Origin: Longimicrobiales bacterium
Lineage (GTDB): Bacteria; Gemmatimonadota; Gemmatimonadetes; Longimicrobiales; Gaopeijiaceae
Direction of reading: 5' to 3'
NCBI GenBank assembly: GCA_965219445.1
Contig: CBDCNQ010000005.1
Span: 1,440,001-1,504,000 of the forward strand
DNA length: 64,000 nt
Shown here: positions 42,899-52,311 of the stretch, one piece after another
Numbering within the stretch: the stretch's first letter is position 1
How the letters are laid out: every line of letters begins with the position of its first letter
Translations under genes and position numbers: made by a program
Notes under the pieces: generated by a model
Database searches by the model: none
What the model saw: the letters and a program-made list of their open reading frames with translations, nothing else
Told to the model about the DNA's origin: nothing

Positions 42899-43483
42899 TC
42901 ATTCCTTACTCCAGGGCACGTCCGCATGCCCTGCCCGGTGGTTTTCAAGACGAGCCCACACGAAGAGTAGATCGGACAGTCGGTTGAGGTAGGGGACGAT
43001 CCCGGCGTCCAAAGACTCTTCTCGCCCCAGGGCGACCACGGCGCGTTCCGCCCGGCGGCACACCGACCGACATACATGGAGCGTCGCCGCCATCTCGGTC
43101 CCACCAGGGAGCACGAATTCCCGCAGCTCGGGAAGTTCCTCGGTGGCCTGGTCGATCCATTGCTCCATCGCCTCGACCCGATCCACGGGAACGTCGGGCG
43201 TCTGAGGCCGGGGGCGCGCATCGTCTCCCTGTGGGGTCGCGAGGTTTGCACCGAGAGCGAAAAGATCGTTCTGAATCAGTCGAAGTCCGCTCACGACGTC
43301 GGACTCGGGGAGTGAGGATTCGGGGAGTGAGGACTCGGGGAGTGAGGTGAGAGCGAGGCCGACAAACGAATTCAGCTCGTCCACCGCTCCGTAGGCTTGG
43401 ACCCGTTTGTCGTTCTTGGGCACCCGTCCACCGCCGAAGAGTGCGGTGTCGCCCTCATCCCCGGTCCTCGTGTAGATGGCCAT
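42899..43483 (-). CDS. PduO-type cob(I)alamin adenosyltransferase
   Basis: IYTRTGDEGDT, YGAVDELNS, RSVCRRAER, YLNRLSD. Confidence 0.95.
   Translation of the reverse strand: MAIYTRTGDEGDTALFGGGRVPKNDKRVQAYGAVDELNSFVGLALTSLPESSLPESSLPESDVVSGLRLIQNDLFALGANLATPQGDDARPRPQTPDVPVDRVEAMEQWIDQATEELPELREFVLPGGTEMAATLHVCRSVCRRAERAVVALGREESLDAGIVPYLNRLSDLLFVWARLENHRAGHADVPWSKE
43301..43345 (-). repeat. 15-bp in-frame tandem repeat (3 copies) within the PduO gene
   Basis: GGA(C/T)TCGGGGAGTGA x3 encoding SLPES repeats. Confidence 0.9.
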
Positions 43484-43487
43484 GGGA

Positions 43488-43733
43488 TCAACGCAGCCGA
43501 GTCAGATTTCGGAGCTGCTGGGCTTTGTCGAGAAGAGACGACGTGGACTTTTCGTCCTCGGGAGAGCCACCCAGCAGATCCCTCAGGTCGAGGATGACCT
43601 CCAGATAGAGCTGGTCGCGTTGGAACTCGAAGTCCAGGCGCTCCCCGCCAGCCCCCTTGGTCTCCGCACTCCGGTCCAACTCATCGCGATAGAGCTTCTC
43701 CAGGTTGTCGAGGATCCGCTGCCGATCTCTCAT
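43488..43733 (-). CDS. Small hypothetical protein (81 aa)
   Basis: MRDRQRILDNLEKLYRDE...; overlaps the upstream stop, GGAG RBS. Confidence 0.75.
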   Translation of the reverse strand: MRDRQRILDNLEKLYRDELDRSAETKGAGGERLDFEFQRDQLYLEVILDLRDLLGGSPEDEKSTSSLLDKAQQLRNLTRLR

Positions 43734-44371
43734 CCGATGCTCCCTCCTACGACGTCGCCTCCAAGGCCGCTTTGGAAATATTCGCTCAACACGGCCTTCA
43801 TCTCGTCGATGTGTCCGTCGAAGTAATGGTCCCCTCCCGCGATTCTTGCCAGGGTCACGTGGGATCCCAAGGCGGCTACCACCGCCTCCACTTCTGGACC
43901 TGAGCCAAATTCGTCTTCCTCCCCCTGAATCACGAGGATGGGCTTGGCGACATCCGCAAGAAATCGGAAGTCGTACATCCGAACGGGAAGCCCCAGGCCG
44001 AAGAGCGCGACGGCCCGGGGATCGTCCGCCGCCGCCGAGAACGCGACCATCGAACCGAACGAAAAGCCGCCCACCACGAGCGGCATGCCGGGATACCGTT
44101 CTTCGAGCCAATCCAGCGCGGCCAGCACATCCTCTCTCTCACCGAATCCTTGGTCATAACTGCCGGTGCTGGTCCCCACGCCGCGGAAGTTGAAACGCAG
44201 GGCTGCGATCTTCACATCCGCCAGAGCCTGCGCGGCCCGGAACACGGCCGTCGTGTGCATGGTCCCACCCTGAAGAGGGTGGGGGTGACAGACGACACCG
44301 GCGCCCCTCAACGTGCCTGGGGGCTCCCGGTAAGCCACCTCCAAATGCCCATGGGGGGCGGGAATGTTCAC
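43730..44371 (-). CDS. Alpha/beta hydrolase
   Basis: HPHPLQGGTM, RFNFRGVG, GFSFG, GDHYF. Confidence 0.92.
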   Translation of the reverse strand: MNIPAPHGHLEVAYREPPGTLRGAGVVCHPHPLQGGTMHTTAVFRAAQALADVKIAALRFNFRGVGTSTGSYDQGFGEREDVLAALDWLEERYPGMPLVVGGFSFGSMVAFSAAADDPRAVALFGLGLPVRMYDFRFLADVAKPILVIQGEEDEFGSGPEVEAVVAALGSHVTLARIAGGDHYFDGHIDEMKAVLSEYFQSGLGGDVVGGSIG

Positions 44372-44475
44372 GTGCGTCTCCTACTTCCCTGGCCCTCTTC
44401 TCGCCCGGGCCCAGCCGCCTCGCTATCTTTGGCCCCCGTGCTCGAACGGATTTCTCAGGGACACCACAACGTTCA

Positions 44476-44964
44476 ATGCCATCCAAGAAAAGCGACGACC
44501 AGAAGCTCGCGGATCAAGCCAACGAATTGTACTGGCGGTCGGGCCAAAGCGTGAATCAGATCGCCGAGGCGATGGACCTCTCCAAGAGTGGCCTGTACGC
44601 GTTGATCCGCCCACTGCCCGCCAAGCATGATTGTCCAGAATGCGGAGCGGGGCTCGTCTTTTCCAACCGCACCACCGCGCACAAGGCGATCGGGTCGTGT
44701 CCTGAGTGCAAGTACGAGTGCGTGTGCGAAGCCCCGAAGCCGGGCTCCGAGGTGAAGGCGTCCAAGCGGCGGCCCGTTCGCAGGCCGACCCCCTCCGCCC
44801 AACCCGATGGGGGGGCGGCGAGCGACCTCGAGACCGGAGCCGGGGACGCCGCCGTACTCGAGACGAACGGCCGCCGCCCCCTGAGATCGAATCGGATCCT
44901 GTGGGCGTCGGTGCTCCTGGGGGTGGCCGCCGGGCTATATGTGACCACCCGCCGCTCCCGCTGA
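44476..44964 (+). CDS. Hypothetical HTH / Zn-ribbon / C-terminal TM protein
   Basis: SVNQIAEAMDLSKSGLY, CPEC...CPEC, hydrophobic tail. Confidence 0.75.
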   Translation: MPSKKSDDQKLADQANELYWRSGQSVNQIAEAMDLSKSGLYALIRPLPAKHDCPECGAGLVFSNRTTAHKAIGSCPECKYECVCEAPKPGSEVKASKRRPVRRPTPSAQPDGGAASDLETGAGDAAVLETNGRRPLRSNRILWASVLLGVAAGLYVTTRRSR

Positions 44965-44998
44965 TCGGGCGGCGCACAACCGATTCTACGAACGACCC

Positions 44999-45736
44999 AT
45001 GGACGCCGCGAGTGTTTCCCTGCCTTTCGCGTTCTTCGCAGGCTTGGTCTCGTTCCTGTCACCGTGCGTGCTTCCCGTAGTGCCGGCTTACGTGTCCTTC
45101 GTCTCCGGCCTCACGATGGATGAGTTGTCCGATGGCTCCACGGCCGCCGCGCGACGCACCGCCGTGCTCCACGCGGTGCTCTTCATCCTCGGCTTCCTTC
45201 TGGTCTTCATGACTCTGGGTGCGTCCGCCACGGCCGCCGGCCAAGCCTTCAATCGATTTCTTCCCACCCTCACCCGCGTGGGAGGCGTGGTCGTCATCCT
45301 CCTCGGGATTCTGCTCCTCGACTGGGTTCGGCTCCCGCCGCTGGCTCGGGACGTCCGCATCCACCTCAGGTCCAAGCCCTCGGGCGCAGCCGGCTCCGTG
45401 GTCGTGGGACTCGTGTTCGGAGCCGGATGGACGCCCTGCATCGGTCCCATCCTGGCCACGATCCTTCTCTACGCCTCGATGGAGGCCACCGTCGCGCGAG
45501 GCACCGTCCTGCTGGCCATGTACGGCCTAGGGCTCGGCGTTCCGTTCCTGGTTGCCGCCATCGGATTCAGCTGGTTTCTTACGAGTCTGGAGACGTTGCG
45601 CAGTTGGGCCCGGCCAATTCAGAGGTTCGCCGGGATCCTTTTGGTCGTGATCGGCGTTCTTCTCCTTACCGGTGAGTTTGCCGCCGTCTCGGCATCGCTT
45701 GCGGACCTCGGGCAATGGATCGACCTGGAATTGTGA
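44999..45736 (+). CDS. ccdA: Cytochrome c biogenesis protein CcdA
   Basis: SFLSPCVLP, WTPCIGP. Confidence 0.93.
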   Translation: MDAASVSLPFAFFAGLVSFLSPCVLPVVPAYVSFVSGLTMDELSDGSTAAARRTAVLHAVLFILGFLLVFMTLGASATAAGQAFNRFLPTLTRVGGVVVILLGILLLDWVRLPPLARDVRIHLRSKPSGAAGSVVVGLVFGAGWTPCIGPILATILLYASMEATVARGTVLLAMYGLGLGVPFLVAAIGFSWFLTSLETLRSWARPIQRFAGILLVVIGVLLLTGEFAAVSASLADLGQWIDLEL

Positions 45737-46560
45737 TGAACCGAATTCACTCCACGCACCGGGTGACGCCGATGAACCGTCGATTCGTATCGCGGCTTCT
45801 GCTCACCGTATTGGTCACGCACGGAGCCGCGGCAGCGTGTACATCGGGCGGAGCCGATTCTGACGAGCAGGTCAGCGCGCGCCTCAGCACGGGGGCCGCC
45901 GGTGAGCTCCTTTCCAGTGGATTTACGCCCTCCGAGTCGAGGAGCACTGGCTTCGAAGCGCTCATGCGGCCGGCGCCCACGGGACCCCCCCCGGGGGAGC
46001 TGACGGCTGATTCCCTCGGCGTCGATTTTGGAACGTCCGAGGCACCACTTCGGTTGGTCGAGTTCTTCGACTACGGTTGCGGCTACTGCCGAGGGTTTCA
46101 CCAAGACACGCGCGGACCGCTCCTCGAAGAGTACGTGGATCCGGGGCAGATTTTCTGGAAATCGATCCCGTTCATCATCGGAAATTGGCCGGCATCGTTG
46201 CCCGTGTCGCTCGCGGCCGAGTGTGCGAGAGCCCAAGGACGGGATTATTTCGAGGCGATTTCCAACCTCATCTTCGAACATCAGAGCGAGTGGAAGGCCA
46301 GTGCCACCCCTGAGGAGCTGGCGGAGGGCTACGCCGTGGACGTGGGGCTCGATATGCCCAGATACCGGACTTGTTTCGAGAACGACGAGCTTCTGTGGAG
46401 GGTGCAGGCACAGACCCGCTGGGCGACGGACCTCGGTATCCGAGGCACGCCCACCTTCTTTATCGTCGGCTTCGGTCCGATCCAGGGCGCGCTGCCATTG
46501 GACACGTTCCGGGAGGTCTTCGACACCCTGCTCGTCGATGTAGCCGCCGAGCAGCCTTGA
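45736..46560 (+). CDS. DsbA/thioredoxin-fold protein
   Basis: EFFDYGCGYC, GIRGTPTF. Confidence 0.9.
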   Translation: MNRIHSTHRVTPMNRRFVSRLLLTVLVTHGAAAACTSGGADSDEQVSARLSTGAAGELLSSGFTPSESRSTGFEALMRPAPTGPPPGELTADSLGVDFGTSEAPLRLVEFFDYGCGYCRGFHQDTRGPLLEEYVDPGQIFWKSIPFIIGNWPASLPVSLAAECARAQGRDYFEAISNLIFEHQSEWKASATPEELAEGYAVDVGLDMPRYRTCFENDELLWRVQAQTRWATDLGIRGTPTFFIVGFGPIQGALPLDTFREVFDTLLVDVAAEQP

Positions 46561-47495
46561 CCAAGAGGCCGTATCTCGGTGCTCTGGTCCGGGCTATCAG
46601 ACGGGCCGCGTGGATGACGCTACCCGCGGTCACGGCCTGCGGACACTACTTCGCCGACGGACCGGAGTGCCGTCCGGTCGGATCGGCCGTTGCCCTCCCT
46701 GGCAGCCTCAGCGAGACGAGCGGCGTCGCCGCGAGCATTCTGAACCCGGCCCTGGTCTGGACACACAACGACGGGGGCCGTGGATCCTTCCTCTACGCGC
46801 TCGACCGCGAGGGTCAGCTCCGAGCCCGCGTCGAATTGAATCAGCGCAACCGTGACTGGGAGGACATCGCTCGTGCACGTTGCGATCTCGGCGCCTGCCT
46901 TTATGTGGCGAACACCGGCGACAACTCGGAGCGCAGGGACATCATCTCCTTTTACCGGCTAGCCGAGCCCGAGGGAGTCGGTGAGTCGAACGTGGACGCG
47001 GACGGGAATGTGGATACCGACCAGAGCGTGGAGGCGGAGCGTTACAGGATGGTGCTCCCCGACGGACCCCGTGATATCGAGGCGATGTACGTCCTGCCTA
47101 CCGAGCAGATCTTCTTTGTCACCAAGGGAAGAAATCATCCGGTCTCGGTCTATCGTTATCCGTCGCCGCTCCGCTCCGAGGACATCGTCACCTTGGTCGA
47201 AGTTCAGCGCCTCACGTCCGCTCCCGTGACCCTAGCACGCATGGTCACCGGCGCATCGGCAACACTCGGCGGAGACATCGTCGCCATCCGCACATATGAG
47301 AGCCTCGAGTTCTTTGATGTCACCGAGGGAGAGCAACTCCTCAAGAGCAGCCTGGGGCGCGTCAATCTTCGGACGCTCCGGGAGCCCCAGGGGGAGGGCG
47401 TCGCGTTCGGTGCCGACGGAGCGGTCATCCTGACCTCGGAGGCCGTGTTGGGGTCGAGCCCCTCGGTAACGTTCCTGAGCTGCAATCTGAACTGA
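46557..47495 (+). CDS. Hypothetical secreted/lipoprotein, beta-propeller-like
   Basis: ETSG, WTHND, DWEDIA, DIEA, QGEGV; start uncertain. Confidence 0.7.
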   Translation: MTKRPYLGALVRAIRRAAWMTLPAVTACGHYFADGPECRPVGSAVALPGSLSETSGVAASILNPALVWTHNDGGRGSFLYALDREGQLRARVELNQRNRDWEDIARARCDLGACLYVANTGDNSERRDIISFYRLAEPEGVGESNVDADGNVDTDQSVEAERYRMVLPDGPRDIEAMYVLPTEQIFFVTKGRNHPVSVYRYPSPLRSEDIVTLVEVQRLTSAPVTLARMVTGASATLGGDIVAIRTYESLEFFDVTEGEQLLKSSLGRVNLRTLREPQGEGVAFGADGAVILTSEAVLGSSPSVTFLSCNLN

Positions 47496-47521
47496 GGCGC
47501 GCTCGATCAGCGTAGCCCTGC

Positions 47522-47569
47522 TTGACGCTCAGAGGTACCCGGGCTATTGTAGTTGCATATTACAACTAC
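47522..47569 (+). promoter_or_regulatory. Sigma70 promoter with overlapping palindromic operator upstream of arsM
   Basis: TTGACG-17-TATTGT; GTAGTTG-N7-CAACTAC at 47549-47569. Confidence 0.7.
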
Positions 47570-47595
47570 TAACCTCATGGAAAGAGGCCAGAACC

Positions 47596-48441
47596 ATGAA
47601 TAAGGACGCCATTCGTGAGGCGGTCCGTGAGCGTTACGCCCGCGTCGCTGAGGGCACCGAGGGGGGTTGCTGCGGAACATCCTGTTGCGGGGATTCGGAA
47701 AAGACGTCCTCAGCCACGCCCCAAGGCGTGGAGGCTCTCCCCTCCACGACCGTCGGATACGATGAGGAGCAGTTGGGCAAGATCCCAGAGGGAGCAGACC
47801 TCGGCCTGGGCTCCGGCAACCCGGTGGCTCACGCCGACCTCCAAGAAGGTGAGACGGTCCTGGACTTGGGCTCCGGGGGAGGGATCGACAGCTTTCTCGC
47901 CTCCTTGAAAGTCGGACCCTCGGGGAAGGTCATCGGTGTGGATATGACGCCCGAAATGGTCACACGGGCTCGCGGCAACGCTCGAAAGGGAGGGTACGTG
48001 AACGTCGATTTCCGCCTCGGCGAGATCGAGTCGCTGCCCGTAGCCGACGCCACGGTCGACGTGATCATCTCGAACTGCGTGTTGAACCTTTCCCCCGAGC
48101 GGGATCGGGTACTGACCGAAGCGCTCCGGGTCTTGAAGCCCGGCGGCCGGCTCGTGATCTCGGACCTCGTGTGCGACGTTGCGGTCCCGGCGCAGCTCCG
48201 TGAGGAAGCCGACGCGGTCACCGCCTGCCTGCCTGTGGAACGGGAGGACTACATGGGTCAGCTCCGAGCGGCAGGATTCGTCGATGTGAGGATATCGGCG
48301 GGTCAGCCTTATCCTCGCGGAACGGCGTCCTCGACCCCCATCGGACAAAGGATCGCCGACGAAGAGCCGGAGCTCGCCAACTCCCTCGAGGCTTTCGCGG
48401 ACTCGGTCAGGGGAGTGATCATCGAGGGACGGCGGCGCTGA
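47596..48441 (+). CDS. arsM: Arsenite methyltransferase
   Basis: VRERY, CCGTSCC, DLGSGGGID, GVDMTPEM, ISNCVLNL. Confidence 0.85.
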   Translation: MNKDAIREAVRERYARVAEGTEGGCCGTSCCGDSEKTSSATPQGVEALPSTTVGYDEEQLGKIPEGADLGLGSGNPVAHADLQEGETVLDLGSGGGIDSFLASLKVGPSGKVIGVDMTPEMVTRARGNARKGGYVNVDFRLGEIESLPVADATVDVIISNCVLNLSPERDRVLTEALRVLKPGGRLVISDLVCDVAVPAQLREEADAVTACLPVEREDYMGQLRAAGFVDVRISAGQPYPRGTASSTPIGQRIADEEPELANSLEAFADSVRGVIIEGRRR

Positions 48442-48578
48442 TCACCCCGGGGGCTGGACGCACGAGCCTCCGTACTCGATGTTGACGAAGAGTCCGTGTC
48501 GGCTCGCCACCGTTGGCGTGCCGGTGAGGCCAATGCTCCGTAACCATCGATGGACACCTCCGGGAATTGGAGAGTCGA

Positions 48579-49313
48579 ATGAAGCCGTCCGTTACCTCAC
48601 GTTTGTGCATGCTCGCAGCATTCCTCGGCATGGCGGCGCCCGCCCTTCTCTCCGGGCAAGTTGCCGATCCCGATCCAACTCGCTTCGCCGAGAAGATGGC
48701 GGAGTTCGCGGCGTATGACGCCATGAACAGCTTCCCCGCCAATGCCACGGTCTTCGTCGGCAGCTCGAGCGTGGTGCGCTGGAACACCGCAGACGGTCTT
48801 CCCGGGATCCCGCTCATCAACCGAGGCTTCGGCGGCTCTCAGATGTCGGACCTGGTCTATTGGGTTGATGAAGCCGTCCTCAAGTACACCCCGAGGACCG
48901 TCGTCGTCTACGAGGGCGACAACGACTCAGGCGCCGGCAAACGGAGCGAGCAGATCCTGGAGGACTACAAGGAGTTCGTCGAGGCGGTCCTTACGGCCCA
49001 ACCATCCACACGCATCGTAATCATGTCGATTAAGCCCAGTCTGCGCCGTTGGAACGTGTGGTCCGAGATGCAAGCCTCGAACGCGGCCCTCGAGGCGTAC
49101 GCTAACGAAGACGCTCGCGTCGACTTCGTCGACGTCGGCACGGACATGCTCGGGGCGGATGGTCTGCCGATTGCCGAGTATTTGGTCGACGACGGACTGC
49201 ACATGACGCCCGCCGGATACGTCGTCTGGAACAGGATCGTGGGGGAGGCGCTGATGCATGGGCCTATGAGCGGGATGCACATGCGCATGCACGGTCAGGG
49301 GGCCGGCCACTAG
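48579..49313 (+). CDS. Secreted GDSL/SGNH hydrolase
   Basis: Signal peptide; FVGSSS, NRGFGGS, GDND, DGLH. Confidence 0.9.
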   Translation: MKPSVTSRLCMLAAFLGMAAPALLSGQVADPDPTRFAEKMAEFAAYDAMNSFPANATVFVGSSSVVRWNTADGLPGIPLINRGFGGSQMSDLVYWVDEAVLKYTPRTVVVYEGDNDSGAGKRSEQILEDYKEFVEAVLTAQPSTRIVIMSIKPSLRRWNVWSEMQASNAALEAYANEDARVDFVDVGTDMLGADGLPIAEYLVDDGLHMTPAGYVVWNRIVGEALMHGPMSGMHMRMHGQGAGH

Positions 49314-50050
49314 GCACCCCCGTCGGACCCGCTCCCCAGATAGCGTAGGAAAACGGAGGCGAGCTCGCTCGCCAGTTGCTGGTCTTCGATGCCGTCGGGG
49401 CGGTCTCCCCAGGCGAAGATGAATCGGCTTCTGAGTGTGGCGAACACCTGAAGCGTGGCGAGCCGGATGGCCCGCTCCGGGTCGTCGTGGGTGTACTGCT
49501 CAGCCCGGGGCAGCAGAAGCCCAATCAGATGATCCGCGACGGTGTTGTCCAGCTCCGCCGTCTGGTCCAAGAGATCGTAGCCCTCGTACGTCATCGCGTG
49601 GATCAGGAATGCACGGAGCAGGGCCCCGTGAGCGTGCATCCATACGACCGCCATTCGGGTGAACTGCGTCACGATCTCCCTCGGACCGGCCGCCTCCCAT
49701 CGGCGCGGCGAGAGTACGCCGGCCCAGCCCTCCTCGGCGTCGGACCGAAATCGGATAGCAAGGTACGCGAGTAGCGCGTCCCTTCCGTCAAAGCGCGCGT
49801 AGAACGTCCCCGAGCCGACCCCGGAGCGCAGTAGGATCCCCTGAACCGTCGCCCCCTCCAGGCCGGACTCCGCGATGAGGTCCTGAGCGGCGGTGATCAT
49901 GCGTTCGAACGAGGCGTGGCTTCGGGGTTGCCGAGGAAGTCGCACGCCCGGCGGGGGAGCCGTCTCGTCCAGCCGAGAGGAGGGCTCCTCTCGGGAGGCA
50001 CTTTCGGTTCTCGCGTTTCCTTGCGCCGCTCGCTCGATGGCTCCCTCCAT
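49310..50050 (-). CDS. TetR/AcrR family regulator
   Basis: PRQPRS...GATVQGI...GTFYARF HTH. Confidence 0.9.
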   Translation of the reverse strand: MEGAIERAAQGNARTESASREEPSSRLDETAPPPGVRLPRQPRSHASFERMITAAQDLIAESGLEGATVQGILLRSGVGSGTFYARFDGRDALLAYLAIRFRSDAEEGWAGVLSPRRWEAAGPREIVTQFTRMAVVWMHAHGALLRAFLIHAMTYEGYDLLDQTAELDNTVADHLIGLLLPRAEQYTHDDPERAIRLATLQVFATLRSRFIFAWGDRPDGIEDQQLASELASVFLRYLGSGSDGGA

Positions 50051-50144
50051 GCCTCCCTCGGTGGCTCCCTTCGTGGCTTCGCCAGCTCACCCGGATTCGA
50101 ACGGGAGCCAGCACGTCCGCGGGTTCCCTTTGAAGCAGTTATAT

Positions 50145-50162
50145 GAATTTGAATTCAAATTC
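50145..50162. promoter_or_regulatory. Perfect 18-bp palindrome, probable TetR operator
   Basis: GAATTTGAATTCAAATTC in an AT-rich gap. Confidence 0.7.
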
Positions 50163-50202
50163 CAATAAGGTGCAAAACTGCTCGCTCCGCAAGGATTTAC
50201 GA

Positions 50203-50847
50203 TCAACTCCAGATGTCGAAGAACTCCACACTTGCCGCGGGAGGGGGAGGAGACGGTCGATCCCCCACGAGGTGCGAGACCAGCGCGGTGCACAGATCCT
50301 CGAGGAACGCCGGCTCGGAGAGGTGGGCTGAGGCCTCCAGTGTTCGACTGACCGTCTCCACGGCCAACTCAGGGTCGGAGTGAACAATCTCATCCCGCTT
50401 TTGGAGAAGCAGATGCGTCGAATCCTCCCGCACACGGGCCCGAATCCGTGACGCTGCATCCGATGGGCCGGCGCCGGGGCCTCGCAGCGCCTGCCCGATC
50501 GCATCTCTGGCACCCCGGTGCACGAGCTCCAGATCCGCATAGAGCCTCGCCAAACCCCGTACCAACTCTTCGATCTGGCGGTCGGCCAAGCCCTCGTTGA
50601 TGGCTTGAGACCACTGCTGCTCGACGGACTCCCAGATACGCTCATCCAGATAGACGAGCAGATCGCTCTTTCCCTCGAAGCGGGCATAGAAGGAGCCCAC
50701 CGACGATCCCGCTCGTCTGGCGATGGCCCCGACCGTGGTGGCCTCCACGCCGTTTTGTGCGATCAGCTCCAGGGCGGCGCGTGCGATGCGCTGTAGGGTC
50801 CGGCGACTCCGGTGCTGCTTCGGTGCTCTAGCTGTGGCCGTTTCCAT
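50203..50847 (-). CDS. TetR/AcrR family regulator
   Basis: PKQHRS...TTVGAIARRAGSSVGSFYARF. Confidence 0.9.
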   Translation of the reverse strand: METATARAPKQHRSRRTLQRIARAALELIAQNGVEATTVGAIARRAGSSVGSFYARFEGKSDLLVYLDERIWESVEQQWSQAINEGLADRQIEELVRGLARLYADLELVHRGARDAIGQALRGPGAGPSDAASRIRARVREDSTHLLLQKRDEIVHSDPELAVETVSRTLEASAHLSEPAFLEDLCTALVSHLVGDRPSPPPPAASVEFFDIWS

Positions 50848-50902
50848 GGCGTCCTGCTGAGCGGCTGCCCTCCCGGCGGGCGCTTACCTAAGTACGATAA
50901 AC

Positions 50903-50918
50903 TAGAATGAGAGTTCTA
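50903..50918. promoter_or_regulatory. Probable TetR operator
   Basis: TAGAA-N6-TTCTA upstream of the second tetR gene. Confidence 0.5.
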
Positions 50919-51019
50919 AATAACCCAGTAGCATCGGAGTTGGCAAGGTGGCGTGTGGTAGGGTCGGGCTCGCACGCTTCGCTTGTGCTGGAGCTCTAGC
51001 CGATTTGGTCGGTGCGACC

Positions 51020-52234
51020 TCAGTCCTCGCCTCCCGGGCCGGACTGAGCCACGATTGACTTGGCGTCCGGAACCACCAGCCCTGTCGCCGTGATCGCGAA
51101 AACCCGAACCGGGCGACGCACATTCCTCAGGTCGAATTCACCGAGCGCGGTCGCGGGCAGTTCGGGGTGATTCTTGATCTCATCGAAGACCTTTCCCGAG
51201 ATCATGACTGCTCCTGCGACCGAGAGTCCCTGGATGCGAGCGGCAACGTTGACCCCGTCGCCGTATACGCCATCCTCGTCTCGGTTGATGTCTCCGATAT
51301 GAAGTCCGATCCTGACGGGTATCGAAGGAGCCTGCTGCAGTGTCCGTTGGGCCGCGACGGCGGACGACACCGCTTCGATTGCGCTCGCGAAGACGCTGAG
51401 AGTCCCGTCCCCGTAGAACTGCACGATCTCACCCCCGTGGCTTTCGATGGACTGGCGGAGCACCTCCCGATGCCGATCGCGGATGCTCTTGGCCCGATGC
51501 TCGTCGTCCTGCATCAAGGCCGTGAAGCCCACCATGTCCGTAAACATGATCGCCGAGAGTCGTCGGGTAAGCGCCCTCTTGGCCTTGTTCATCTCGGACC
51601 CCATGGAGTAGACGATGCGTGCACCAATCCCAGCCATGACTACCGAAGCGAAGTTGGGGGTGTACAGGCTGGCTACGGTAACCCAGGGGGCCGCCTCGCT
51701 ACCGCCGGCTATTGCGATCAGGTGGGCCAGCGGGCCCATGGCCGCCGAAGCGGAGGCCGCCAACCATGCCTTTCCGGGTGTGTTCGGGACGAGCACCGGA
51801 AAGAGCACGATCCAGACGCAGACCCAGGACACTCCTCGCACGAATCCGGCCTCCGGCCAAGACACGAGGTTGTCCATCATCGACACGCCGAGACTGACCG
51901 CAATCTCATACAGGAGGGCCAGGTCGAGAACCAGGCTAGGCTCGAGGCGACGGGAATGGGCCATCACCACGACGGCAACCGACAGACCAACGAGCACCAA
52001 GGCGATCGTGTGCCCAGGCCGGCCCCAACCGTCTGGACCGGCGAGGTACTGGCCGACCGCCGCCAGCGTCACGACCACTGCCAGCGCACCGGCCACCACC
52101 ACGAGACGTCGGGCACCATCGGCAATCAGCTCTTCGCCGAGCCCGTACGTAATGGGAGCGAGCGTGCTGTCGGACGGGTCCGGAGGAGGGGCCGTTGTCT
52201 GCCGTCGGATGCCTCCTGGCGTGTCGTCGTTCAC
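51020..52234 (-). CDS. Membrane-bound class III nucleotide cyclase
   Basis: About 6 TM helices; FTDMVGFT, YGDG, RIGLHIG, GDGVNVAARIQ. Confidence 0.88.
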   Translation of the reverse strand: MNDDTPGGIRRQTTAPPPDPSDSTLAPITYGLGEELIADGARRLVVVAGALAVVVTLAAVGQYLAGPDGWGRPGHTIALVLVGLSVAVVVMAHSRRLEPSLVLDLALLYEIAVSLGVSMMDNLVSWPEAGFVRGVSWVCVWIVLFPVLVPNTPGKAWLAASASAAMGPLAHLIAIAGGSEAAPWVTVASLYTPNFASVVMAGIGARIVYSMGSEMNKAKRALTRRLSAIMFTDMVGFTALMQDDEHRAKSIRDRHREVLRQSIESHGGEIVQFYGDGTLSVFASAIEAVSSAVAAQRTLQQAPSIPVRIGLHIGDINRDEDGVYGDGVNVAARIQGLSVAGAVMISGKVFDEIKNHPELPATALGEFDLRNVRRPVRVFAITATGLVVPDAKSIVAQSGPGGED

Positions 52235-52311
52235 GCGGAGGAGTATCTCCGGTCCCCCTCGATCTCACAAGTCGGCTGACGGACCGCCACAACGCTCGCC
52301 CTCTTCCTCGG

